This document shows positions 14,140-26,365 of a DNA stretch of 64,000 nucleotides, in pieces (position 1 is the first letter of the stretch; each line of letters starts with the position of its first letter). A program made the position numbers and the translations under genes. Source of the stretch: Rhizophagus irregularis (Eukaryota); the NCBI RefSeq assembly GCF_026210795.1, contig NC_089435.1, positions 1,798,001-1,862,000 on the forward strand, in the 5' to 3' direction. Below the pieces are notes generated by a model. It worked only from the letters and a program-made list of their open reading frames with translations. It made no database searches and was not told the DNA's origin.

Positions 14140-17100
14140 ATGAATGAGCTAGAAGATCCAGAATATGATACCATTTGTACGCAATGTAATCAAAAAATAA
14201 TAAATTATCTAAAAAAACTTTGTAGAAGAAAATTTCTTCTTTCTGCGCAAGTAAATAAACCTCAAAGCATACAAAAAAGTAAAATAAACAAACTTTCTAA
14301 AGTCAAATTATATATAGTTAAATTATTTAAGACTAAGTCTAAATTACCTAAAAATAAATTGATTGATAATAAGACAAGCGGGAGTTTTATACTAGACGAA
14401 TTTATTAAAGAAACTCAACTAAATTCAAAATATTGTGATGATTTTATTGAATGGGTTCCACATTCAAATTTAGAAAATATACAATATTTAACAAATGGAG
14501 GAAATTCAAAAATTTATTTTGGAACTTGGAATTTATTGTTAAACACGTCTTTAGCTTCAAACCAATTATCTTCTAAAGTTACTTTAAAAGTCATTAATGA
14601 TTCTGATAATATCAATGATCATATCCTAAACGAGGTAAGGAAAATGAAATAAAAAAAAAGAAAACATAAATATAATAATTAACTATTATGATTTATTTAG
14701 CTTAAAATTCACCATAAATGTCGTAATCCTAGAGTTATACCATTCTATGGGATAGCAAAAGCACCTGTAGGAAAGGAATATGCCATGGTAATAAGATATG
14801 CAGAGAATGGAGATCTACGAAATTATATTCGTAAAGTTTTTCCAAAATTAACTTGGACTTATAGAGCAAATATTCTTATTGAACTATCAAAGGCTTTAAC
14901 TTCAATCCATCAAATGAATTTAGTTCATAAGGATTTCCATTGTAAAAATATTTTAGTAGACAAAGATGATAGAATTTTTATAAGTGATTTTGGACTTTGT
15001 CAACCAATTGACTCTGAAATAGGTAAAAATTAAAGAAAACGATTTTTTGTTTCATAAATATAACTAATAAAATTATATTTTTGCTTTACTAAAAGCTTCG
15101 AATAGTATTCAAGGAGTTTTGCCTTATATCGCTCCCGAAGTTCTGAGATGTAAACCATATACAAAACAATCAGAAGTGTATAGTTTAAGTATGATAATGT
15201 GGGAATTAACTTCAGATGAACCTCCATTTTCAAATAAACATCATGACGCAGGTCTTGCGCTTGAAGTTCTTGATGAACTGAAACCGCTGAGGCCCGAAAT
15301 TGTTAAGGGAACACCAGAATTTTATGCTAACATTATGGAGCAATGTTGGAGTTCTGATCCATTAAAAAGACCTGATGCTTCTCTTTTACCGAAATTATTT
15401 GAAGAAATGATAGGTCTATGTAAAGCGGTTGATAGTATTATATTTTCAACATTTACTCGTTATTCATCATTATCTGAATCTAATTTTGTAACTGGTAGTA
15501 GTGTTAATACAGGTAAAAACATGAATAATAATTTGAATACACTATAACTTAAAATAAATATTATTAATATTGAAATTTTTTTAGGGTATGACATTAGAGC
15601 AAATGATAATCTTAATATGGCTTCAACTTATTATCCAAAGGAAGAAAATACAGTTATGATAAATAATAATAATTCTGTAGATATAGAATTATCATCACAA
15701 CCTAATTCTGTAACGAGTATTATTCAACCAGGTACAATGTTTATTTTATAGTATAGGCATTTAAATGTAAATAATTTAAGTTTCATTTTATATTTTAGAG
15801 TATGAAACCAAAGCGTTTGACTATACTCTCGAAGGTCAGTATACAGAACTTTTAAAATACGAAACAAATACAAACCATTCAATAATACTAAATATCAAAC
15901 TTTAAACTTTTGGTTTATACTGTAGTTCCTACAAGTAAGTACATTATAATTTAATTACTAAAATTATCCGGGTATAATGTGTAGTAGAATTAGGCTAAAT
16001 TTGGCCAATTTTTCCATGATCCATATAAATAACCCGAGCATAATCAATGTTTAAATAGGGCATTATACTGAATACTAATTAACCAATCATTCAATAAAAA
16101 TTAACATTTTTATACTATATTTTATAGTTCGTAAGTTTATTATATTATAACTTGTTACTTAATATTAAATTATTTGCTAACATAATTACTAAACACCAAA
16201 CTTTTTTGTACTACATTTTAAAAAAGCACGTAAGTTTATTATTGATAATTAAATTATTTGCTATATAACTACTAATTTCAATATTTAACCTTTATTATAT
16301 ATTACATTTTATAGATGGTAAGTTTTATTACATTATAACTTATTTTTATTAATAATTAAATTATTTTATCAATTTCAATACTTTAACCTTTTTTATGTTA
16401 CATTTTAAAGAAAGTAAGTTTATTTGCATTATAACTTATTGTTTAATAATTAAATTTGTACTATTTCAATATTTTAACTTTTTTTATATTTATTACATTT
16501 TATAGGTGGTAAGTTTATTTACATCATAACTTATTGTTAAATAATTAAATTATTTGATAATATAAATACTAACATCAATACTTTAACTTTTTTTATACTA
16601 CATTTTATAGATGGTAAGTTAATTTATATTATCAATAATTAAATTATTTGCTAATATAAATACTAACATCAATAATATTTAATTTTTTACATTACATTTT
16701 ATAGTTGGTAAGGTTATTTACATTATAACTTATTGTTTAATAATGCTAATATAATAACTATTAACATCAATTTTTTAACTTTCTTATATTACATTTTAAA
16801 GATAGTAAGTTTATTACATATAATAATTAAATTATTTGTTAACATAACTACTACCACTAACACAATACTTTAACTTTTTATACTACATTTTATAGGTGGT
16901 AAGCTATTTACATCATAACTTAATGTTTAATAATTAAATCAGTTGCTAATTAACTATTAACATCAATATTTTAATTTTTTTTTTATACCACATTATTAGA
17001 TGGTAAGTTTTCTACATTATAACTTATCGTTCAATTAATTAAACTATTTTGCTAACATAACTATTAACATCAATATTTTAACATTTTATGCTACAATTTA

Positions 17101-20100
17101 TAGATGGTAAGTTTATTTACATCATAACTTATTATTTAATAAATTAAGTTATATTATAATTTATCGTTTAATAATTAAATTATTTATTAATATAAATACT
17201 AACATCAATATTATTTTAATTTTTACATTACATTTATAGTTGGTAAGTTTATTACACTATAACTTATTGTTTAATAATTAAAATTGTCTGCTAATTTAAC
17301 TACTAACATCAATATTTTAACCTTCTTTATACTGCCTTTTGTAGATTGTAAGTTTTATTACATTATAACTTATTAATTAAATTATTTGCTAATATGTCTA
17401 CTAATTTCAGTATTTTAACCTTTTTTATATTACATTTTATCTCGGAAGCTCTTTTACTTAATTTTAATAATCTTCCTGGACCAAAAAATTCTGATGATTA
17501 TTATGAATATAATGGTAATATAATTAGTATTAAAACTTCAGGTTTAAAATGATTATAACGAATACTAATAAACTATTATTCACTAATTGTTAAACGGTAG
17601 ATGGTAAGTCTGTTACATTATAACTTATTGTTTAATAATTAAATTATTTGCTAACATATGCTAACATAAATACTAACATCAATATTTTGACATTTTTATA
17701 CTACATTTTATAGATAGTAAGTTCATTTATATCATAACTTATTGTTTAATAATTAATTATTTGCTAACATAAATATTAACATCAATAATATTTTAATTTT
17801 TTACATTACATTTTATAGACGGTAAGGTTATTTACATTATAACTTTTTGTTTAATAATTAAAATTATTTTGCAAATATCATTACCGATTTCAATATTTTA
17901 ACTTTTTATATTACATTTTATAGATTGTAAGTTTATTACTTATAACTCATTAAATTATTTGCTAACATAAATACTAACATTAGTATTTTAACTTTTTTTA
18001 TACTGCATTTTATAGCTCGTAAGTTTTTATTATGGCTTATTGTTTAATAATTAAATGACTTGTTTATATAACTAGTTTCAATATTTTAACCTTTATTATA
18101 TTACATTTTATAGTTGGTAAGTTTATTTACATTTAACTTATTGTTTAATAATTAAATTATTATAACTACTAATTTCAATATTTTAACCTTTATTATATTA
18201 CATTTTATAGGAAGTATTATAGAAAGTAAGTCTATTTACATTATAACTTTATTGTTTAATAATAATTAAGTTATTTGCTAGCATACCTATTAACATTAAT
18301 ATTTTAACTTTTTTATATTACATTTTATAGTTGGTAAGGTTATTTACATTATTACTTATTGTTTAATAATGCTAATATAATAACTATTAACGTCAATTTT
18401 TTAACTTTTTTTATATTACATTTTAAAGATAGTAAGTTTATTACATTATAACTTATTGTTTAATAATTAAATTATTTGCTAACATAAATACTAACATCAA
18501 TATTTTGACATTTTTATACTACATTTTATAGATAGTAAGTCCATTTATTTCATAACTTATTGTTTAATAATTAATTATTTGCTAACATAAATATTAACAT
18601 CAATAATATTTTAATTTTTTACATTACATTTTATAGGCGGTAAGGTTATTTACATTATAACTTTATTGTTTAATAATTAAATTATTTGCTATATAACTAC
18701 TAATTTCAATATTTTAACCTTTTTTTATATTACATTTTATAGATGGTAAGTTTATTACATTATAACTTATTTTTTAATAATTAAATTATTTGCTAACATA
18801 AATACTAACATCAATATTTTGACATTTGTATACTACATTTTATAGATAGTAAGTCCATTTATATCATAACTTATTGTTTAATAATTAATTATTTGCTAAC
18901 ATAAATATTAGCATCAATAATATTTTAATTTTTTACATTACATTTTATAGGCGGTAAGGTCATTTACATTATAACTTATTGTTTAATTAAAATTATTTTG
19001 CAAATATAATTACCGATTTCAATATTTTAACTTTTTATATTACATTTTATAGATTGTAAGTTTATTACATTATAACTCATTAAATTATTTGCTAACATAA
19101 GTACTAACATTAGTATTTTAACTTTTTTTATACTGCATTTTATAGCTCGTAAGTTTTTATTTTGACTTATTGTTTAATAATTAAATTATTATAACTACTA
19201 ATTTCAATATTTTAACCTTTATTATATTACATTTTATAGGAAGTAATTTTATTATAGGAAGTAAGTCTATTTACATTATAACTTTATTGTTTAATAATTA
19301 AATTATTTGCTAGCATACCTATTAACATCAATATTTTAACTTTTTTATATTACATTTTATAGGAGGTAAGCCTATATACATTATAACTTATTGTTGAATA
19401 ATTAAATTATTTCTAATATAACTATTAACATCAATATTTTAACTTTTTTTATATTATATTTTAAAGATAGTAAGTTTATTACATTATAACTTATTGTTTA
19501 ATAATTAAATTATTTCTAATATAACTATTAACATCAATTTTTTAACTTTTTTTATATTATATTTTAAAGATAGTAAGTTTATTACATTATAACTTATTGT
19601 TTAATAATTAAATTATTTGCTAACACATACTTTAACCTTTTTTATACTACATTTTATAGCTCGTAAGTTTTTACATTATAATTTAATTATTTAATTGTTT
19701 ACTAATAATTAATTAATAAAATATTGCTTATTTTAATTTATTAGGAAGAGGATCATGTAAGTTAGATTTAATAATTGCTATATAAAAATAAGTTATTAAA
19801 ATTTTTCCAATTTTTTTTTTAATTCATAAAGATGATGATGTCAACGATAATAAATTTAATGAAGTAGAAGGTATTTATTTATTTTAATATATTTATTTTT
19901 TTTAAAAAAAGGAAATAATTATAATACAGTAATTAAGTAATTTCATTATATTATTAGATTCTAGATATAATACACAAACTTACAAATTTTCTTTAGACGG
20001 TAAAGTGATTTATAAATTAATAATGAAATTATTTAAACTATTAACTTTTTTTATCCTTTCTTTATTATATAGATTTGAACAAGGCTTATAATGATTTAAT

Positions 20101-20134
20101 TAATAATCGTTCAAGATTATTGGATGTTTCATAA
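14140..20134 (+). CDS. TKL Ser/Thr protein kinase with a C-terminal tail built from a microexon array (predicted 45 exons, 601 aa)
   Basis: Kinase and proximal tail exons: 14140-14634, 14701-15022, 15096-15512, 15585-15731, 15799-15834, 15926-15934. Then 32 three-nt exons plus 93-, 15- and 21-nt exons, then 19745-19756, 19832-19870, 19958-19999, 20073-20134 (TAA). Motifs GGNSKIY, VTLK, HKDFHCKN, DFG, APE. The kinase core is secure; the tail model is inferred from splice signals and frame continuity. Confidence 0.75.
16090..19700 (+). repeat. Tandem array of ~35 intron+microexon units (~90-135 bp each)
   Basis: Consensus gtaagtttattacattataacttattgtttaataattaaattatttgctaacataaatactaacatcaatattttaacttttttatattacattttatag-NNN. 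It contains a GTAAG donor, a TACTAAC/GCTAAC branch point, a T-rich tract and a TAG/AAG acceptor. Confidence 0.95.
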
Positions 20135-20970
20135 TTATTTTAAATCTTGACTGTTAACGAATTACATGAAAAGGATCGGTAAATTATGCAAATATAAGTT
20201 TATATTAGATCCATAATTATTTGCAACATATTTTATAGAGTATTTTTGTTTATTATTGTTATTTTACTAAAGGAACATTTAACATTTTATTAAATATATA
20301 TATGACATTTATTTATAATTTGAAGTTCTAAATGTATAAAATATTGTTGATACAATTAAAAAATAATTAATGTACTTGTTGTACGGATTAAATAAAAAAA
20401 AAAAATATCATTACTATCTATTAGGTCAACCATCATTTATAAGAATGTTTCTACATATATATGTTGTAAGTGGAAACGGAATCTATGTGGATACGGGATG
20501 TTTGCCAGAATTAAAGCATAGTGTCGGACTAGGATTTCGTAATGCTGGCTAAGTTCCGGTATTCATACAACGTATACATACATATATATCATATAGAAAT
20601 AAACCTATAAGTTTAGTAAAATTATATAACCAAAATCACTAAAGTTATTTTACCTGTTAGCTTTTGTTTTGAAATAAAACTATACAGTACCTTTCTTTTA
20701 AAAGAGTTTGAGCAATACATTTTCCAATTTTATATCACCTAATATACATTAAATATTCATTATTAAGATTTTGGATGCACTGTACAATATTTAAAACAAA
20801 TTTAAATACAAAAATTCTAATTTGATTTTTTTTCAGAATTAAAATTTTACTGACAACGATTACTATCCATTAAAGTAACTGGCCGTTAGTAATAATTACG
20901 GCATTTCAGATTACAACCTGAGGTGCAAACGCGAATATTTAATTTGTGATTAAATCATATATAATATATA

Positions 20971-21374
20971 CAGTCAAACTTCGATATACCGATACTGGGA
21001 AAAAGTATCGGTATTCTGTACATATATATTATGATGCGGGCCAAAATTTCTAATTCTGGTTCGCACTACGAAAAACCAAAAAAATATTATTTTGGCCAGA
21101 CGCTCGAATTATAAGTTTACAATTTTTTTAACTCGGGCCAAACCTATAGTGCCAGCCCAAATTAAAACCAGTGTAACCTAAATTATCGGTACTTCTTTAT
21201 TATACTTTACTATAAAGAGACAAAGAAAGAGTATCGTTACATGTTACATTGCGAAACTATATATAATATCGGTACAACAAGGTTTTTTTATTAATTATGA
21301 AATGGGATAATTGAAATTTATCGGTATAGACCATTTATCGGTATATAGAATATCGGTACATCGAGGTTTGACTG
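20971..21374. mobile_element. Tc1/mariner (pogo-like) MITE
   Basis: TIR CAGTCAAACTTCGATATACCGATA / TATCGGTACATCGAGGTTTGACTG, flanked by TA at both ends, with internal TATCGGTA repeats. Confidence 0.88.
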
Positions 21375-21569
21375 TACTATCTGATATGTATGACACAATC
21401 TAGTGCAGTAAAAATAATCAGATTCTGGCCAAAATTAGATTGTACAAGTAAAAAAACTTAATTCCGGCGGAATTTTTATTAAATCCTTAATGACTTTTTA
21501 ATATTAATCAAATAATCTCACTTTTATAGTTAAAACTGATCTAATATACTAAACTAATAACTATGTATC

Positions 21570-21990
21570 TTAGAATTGCAGATTAGTATTCGGCAACCAG
21601 GTATATATAGATATTTAAATGCGTGTAACTTAAGTAAATTCTAATTTCATTTTGTATTTTTAGGATATGAAATTAAAGCATATGAATATACTCTTAAAAG
21701 TCAGTATACAATATTTTTTAAAATATGATAAAAAGTATACGTTAATTATTCAATAATAATAAATCATTTACCAATCATAACTATAAAAATTTTATTAACT
21801 TCTGGTTAATAGATGTTTTGAGTAAGAAGTACATTTTATTATTTAATAATTAAAAATATCTAGCAAGTTTACTAACATTATAACTTATTATTTAATATAT
21901 AATTAAATCATAGAAAGTCGTAGTAGTAATTAAATCATTTGCCAATTATAATTACTAAACATTAAAAATTTAAACTTTTTTTTTTATACT
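21570..21990 (+). pseudogene. Orphan duplicate of the kinase tail exons preceding the microexon array
   Basis: caaccag|gta...ttag|gatatgaaattaaagcatatgaatatactcttaaaa|gtcagtatac (YEIKAYEYTLK) parallels 15725-15845 (YETKAFDYTLE, gtcagtatac). The following sequence resembles the array intron (acattataacttatt). Confidence 0.6.
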
Positions 21991-23224
21991 ATGAATTTAG
22001 TTAAAACATTTTCTAATTATGAGTACTAAAAATCAATATTTTATTAATGGACTTCTATTTTCCCGTAAAAAAATTGATCATCTTTATATTTTCGTTTCAT
22101 CTGATGTAATATGACATGATTTTTGTGGATAAATCTTCATATTTTCCCGGGTTATTTCTTTTTTTAAAAAAAGTATTTTTTTTTTCATTGAGACCAAATT
22201 CAGATGTTCCTTATGTTCCATATTCGGCAATATTAATGTCTATTCGGAATATATTTTTTTTTCTAAAAAAAAAAAATGAAATCATTTATTTTAATGAAGC
22301 TTATTGGAAACTTTAACACATTGATATGAACGCAATGCGAAACACTTTTAAATTTATATCATAACGGATTTCCGGAATAAAACCGGTATGTTAAGAGTAG
22401 TAAGTCAAATCTAAATAGGGTAAGTGAATTTTAATAATTATTCCATTGTTAACTGTTAAGGCAAAATCTTTTAAACTTCTCCGGTAAAAAATATTATTAG
22501 GGGAATGTTAAAAGTTTCAAAAAAATATTAATAGTAATTAAAACGCAATTTGAATTTTTTTAGTAAAAAAAAAAATTTCTCTCATGGAAAACAAGTTTTA
22601 ATGGACAAAATTTTTTCTAATTAAATGTTTCAAAAAAAAAAAATATAGTAATTATAGTAATCATACTTATGTTAAATTATATTATATATATATCACATTA
22701 TTCATATTATTACGATAAATATTATTTAAAATAATCTATTATTGCCGATGAATCTATAGAATTTATAAATTGTTTTCTTTGTTAAAGAGGTTTATTCCAT
22801 GTAAAGTTTCTAAAACTAAGAAAATAATAAAATATTTTTGTAGAACATTAGCGGAAACAATAAAATATATTTATTTATTTAACCAAACACAATATTAGAA
22901 ATTTTTTATAGACCGTGGAGAATAGTTATCCAATTTTTATCAACGATTATTTGACAAACAAACATTCGTATAAGGAGAACAACATCTGTTTTATTAATAA
23001 GGAAATCTATTACGTAATTATTAAAGGGGAAGGGGGATAAATATGTTACAGTTAAATAAAATCATATAATTTATTAAAAATCTAACAAAGGTATTAATTG
23101 ACATGATCAACAAAATGTCTCTAACCTTATAGGTTTCTCTGGTACCACCTTAGACGCTATAAAATGTCAATTTGTGCGTCAACTGTCAACTCAAATTTTG
23201 CTCCTACTTTTTTTTAAAAAAATC

Positions 23225-23900
23225 ATGTCTTTACCTACTGAATGTTCTAGTAACATACTCTATTTTCTTGATAAGAGAGAAAAACAATTTTATTCCCAGG
23301 ACAAGCACATGATCATTAATTCCCTCTATAATAAGATTGAATTATCAAGTAGGATTCAAAAAATATATCATATGATTATTAGAAAAAGTACAACTTTTCA
23401 GGAATTTGAAGTAAATGCAACACAGAAAAATTTTGTTGGCTTACCTAAAGGTTCCACTTTTACAAATTATGAACCTGGATCAATATTTAATTTAGATTTA
23501 ATAACCGATGATGAAAAACATCAGAATACCATTAAGGTGAATGTCCTGTCAGGAGACGGTCCATAAGCGAATAGTGCATTCACAAAACAATATTTGGATA
23601 TTATCAAATTACAACCTTTATAGAAAATATATTAATTAAAGTTTCTAATTTGGAATTGGAATTTCGAATAGAAACTTTAAAAGTATTAGTAATTGATAGT
23701 ATAGATTTTCAACAATTTGTTTTATCTTTATCTTTCATAGAACATCTTGAATTTTTATACTGTAAAGGATTTGATCATTGTAAAGATTTATTTAAGGATA
23801 AATTATATCTTAAAGAATTCAAACTATGGTATTGTAATATGGAGATGTTGTTTGAGTTGTCTTTGTAATGTGTCATTATAAACATTGAATCTAATTTTAG
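23225..23900 (+). pseudogene. Degraded F-box/LRR-like gene
   Basis: The start MSLPTECSSNILYFLD resembles an F-box-like N-terminus. The downstream fragment LEFRIETLKVLVIDSIDF...LSFIEHLEFLYC...LKEFKLW is LRR-like. Stops and frameshifts lie between the fragments. Confidence 0.45.
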
Positions 23901-26099
23901 AAACTTGATAGAGTTCATTAGTTAGAAACTTGACCGATAATTTAATATTTGTTGAATGTTTATACTTTGTTTTTAATGTTGATTTACAAAGCTTTATATA
24001 TAATTTATTATCTCAATTTGTAATTAATTTATATTCTTTTCATCTCTCTTCTGTTTTTATATATAGATTTAATTAGTTATTTTAAATAAATTTAAAAAAT
24101 TCATAATTCTTTAAAAATCATTTGGAATTAAGAAGTTTGGTTACAATTTGATGATTCTTTTTGATTTTGTGAAATTATACATATTTGTATTAATGTGTAT
24201 TCTTATTATCAGTTATAAATAATATGCTATATCATCACAATAAATATGTATATATGTACAGTTATCTTGTTATACACTTTATTAAACTAACTAATTCAAG
24301 ATTAAAGGCTAAAGAACTGGCCAGGATTATGGACAGTTATGTAACATAAAAAAGTTGACAACGCTTTATTTATTGAATTTGTAAATTATTGTATATTTAT
24401 AATGAAATTGATTTATTCATAAAACTTTAAAATTGGTAATTTAAACTATAAGGTGATATAAAGTTAAAAAAAATTGGTTCTTCATATCAAAATCAAAATT
24501 TACTTTAATTTGACCAGGATTTTTTATTTTTTTAAGAACAAAATTTTTTATCATCTGATTTTTGATTTGCTTTACCGAGTTAGGGTTGATTATTAATTAG
24601 TATTTTGACGTGAGAAACCATTTTATAAAATAGTTATATGGACGAAAGATTTCGTTGCAAATTTTAGTTTATCACGTGATATAACTTTGAGCAATTTTAT
24701 TGGTTAAACATAAAAAAATAAAAAAATTTGGAATTCTCATTCTGCCGGGATATGAGAACCAATTTTTTCACCTAGAATCTTTCTTGTAATAATGCAAACT
24801 GATAATATTCTGGATTTCCTTCCCTATCAATATAGGATTTAATCTCTTAATAAAAGTATTAACTTTAATTCGAATGGAAATGTTATGAACAAAATAAACA
24901 TACACAGATTGTTAATATCAGCTTCAACCTAAAAAAAAATAGAGAATTTTCAATACACATGAGAAATTTTATTACATAGCTGCTAAACCAACCTTACGTC
25001 ATTATAAAAAATAAAATATTATGGTTATAATTTTTTGATCAGTAATTTTTTATTTTCATTTCATGTTTTAATAGTAATTGATTAGTAAAAACGATATATT
25101 ATTGGATGGGAGTAGCTACCAGCGCACAAAAAATTTTTGGAAAGATCTAAAAATCCCAGAAATTGATTTTAGCATCACGTCTGAAAAATTACGGGGTTAA
25201 AAATTTTCACGGATTTATCAACAATCTTTCAGAAAAACTGGCAGAATTTGAATAGAATTTGTGTGCTGCACAGGACTAGGATTGGATCAGTTCCAGACTT
25301 CCAGTAAAGGCCAGTCCTGTATCGGTCTTGGGACCGGCCTTCACAGTCTTCGGTCTGAGATTTGAGGATAACCAGTTCAATCCGTTTCAAACTGATTTCA
25401 CAAAATCCAATAATAACTGAATCGTATATATTTGATAATTCTGGCCAGAATTAAATGTGATCGTCATAAATCTGGCCAAGTTATAATTCCGGCCGGAATT
25501 ACAACCCTTGTGTAACACAATACAAAATTTTAATTATCTATAATAAAATTTTGTGTAACATAACTTACTGGTGGCTAAACTATTTAGCCGTGGTCACGTA
25601 ATTTTAATTTCGTAATTTGGGCTAGTACTATAAAGTTTCAATATCAAACCAGATTGAAAATCCAGTTGCACCTATTTTAAAGTTTAAATGCAAACCGGTT
25701 TTCAGAATATGAATTCAGGTTAAACCAAATTGTCAAAAAATCGGTTGGAACCAATTTTAAACCAGTTGGTGCAACCAGTTCTAAACTCTAGTCCAGACTG
25801 GACCAATTATATAAAATTTACCATTTAATATAAAAATGCTAAATCATATATTATTTAATAAAATTTTCATTTTGAAATATCAAAATTTTCATATGTTGGT
25901 ATTTTGTAATATCAATATCATTTGGTTTCTCATGATGCTTTAAAATGTTAAAGTACATGAAATAAAAATTTTTCATATATACAATTATTTTGTGTTACAT
26001 GATTAGCACAATTTGATAATTTATTTTTTATTTCCATTGCAATTTTTTTTTTTGAAACTTATTTGTTTTTTTTAAAATAAAAATTTAATTTTTTTTCTT

Positions 26100-26365
26100 T
26101 TTTCTTAGGTATGTATTGGCTTCGACCTTTCGCTTTGAATAGGTAAGTTTTGTTCTTCTTTTGAAACCTTTTTTTTTTAAAAAAAATATTTTTTCTAATG
26201 CTTTTTCACTTTTTTTTAGGTATCTGACTTTCACTTTGGATCAATAAGTTTCAAAATTTTCATTCTTGTTCTTTCAAAACTTTAAAATTTTTTTTTAATA
26301 TTTTTTTTTATTTTTTTTTTAGGTATTGTAAGACCCTTCACTTTAGATCAGTAAGTTTTGAAAGT
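26100..26365 (+). repeat. Three ~110-bp degenerate units with acceptor / short exon-like / donor structure
   Basis: polyT-ttag-gtat...ttcactttggatca-(g/a)taagttt-ttgttctttc(a/g)aaa recurs at ~26104, ~26216 and ~26320. Confidence 0.5.

Noticed and set aside
16090..19700. CRISPR array interpretation of the conserved-repeat / variable-insert pattern
   Set aside because: Eukaryotic context, ~100-bp AT-rich repeats with only 3-nt variable inserts, and no cas genes. The units match spliceosomal intron consensus.
25275..25805. Possible TIR element rich in aaccagtt/ccggtt motifs
   Set aside because: It looks repeat-derived, but I could not define matching TIRs with a TSD.
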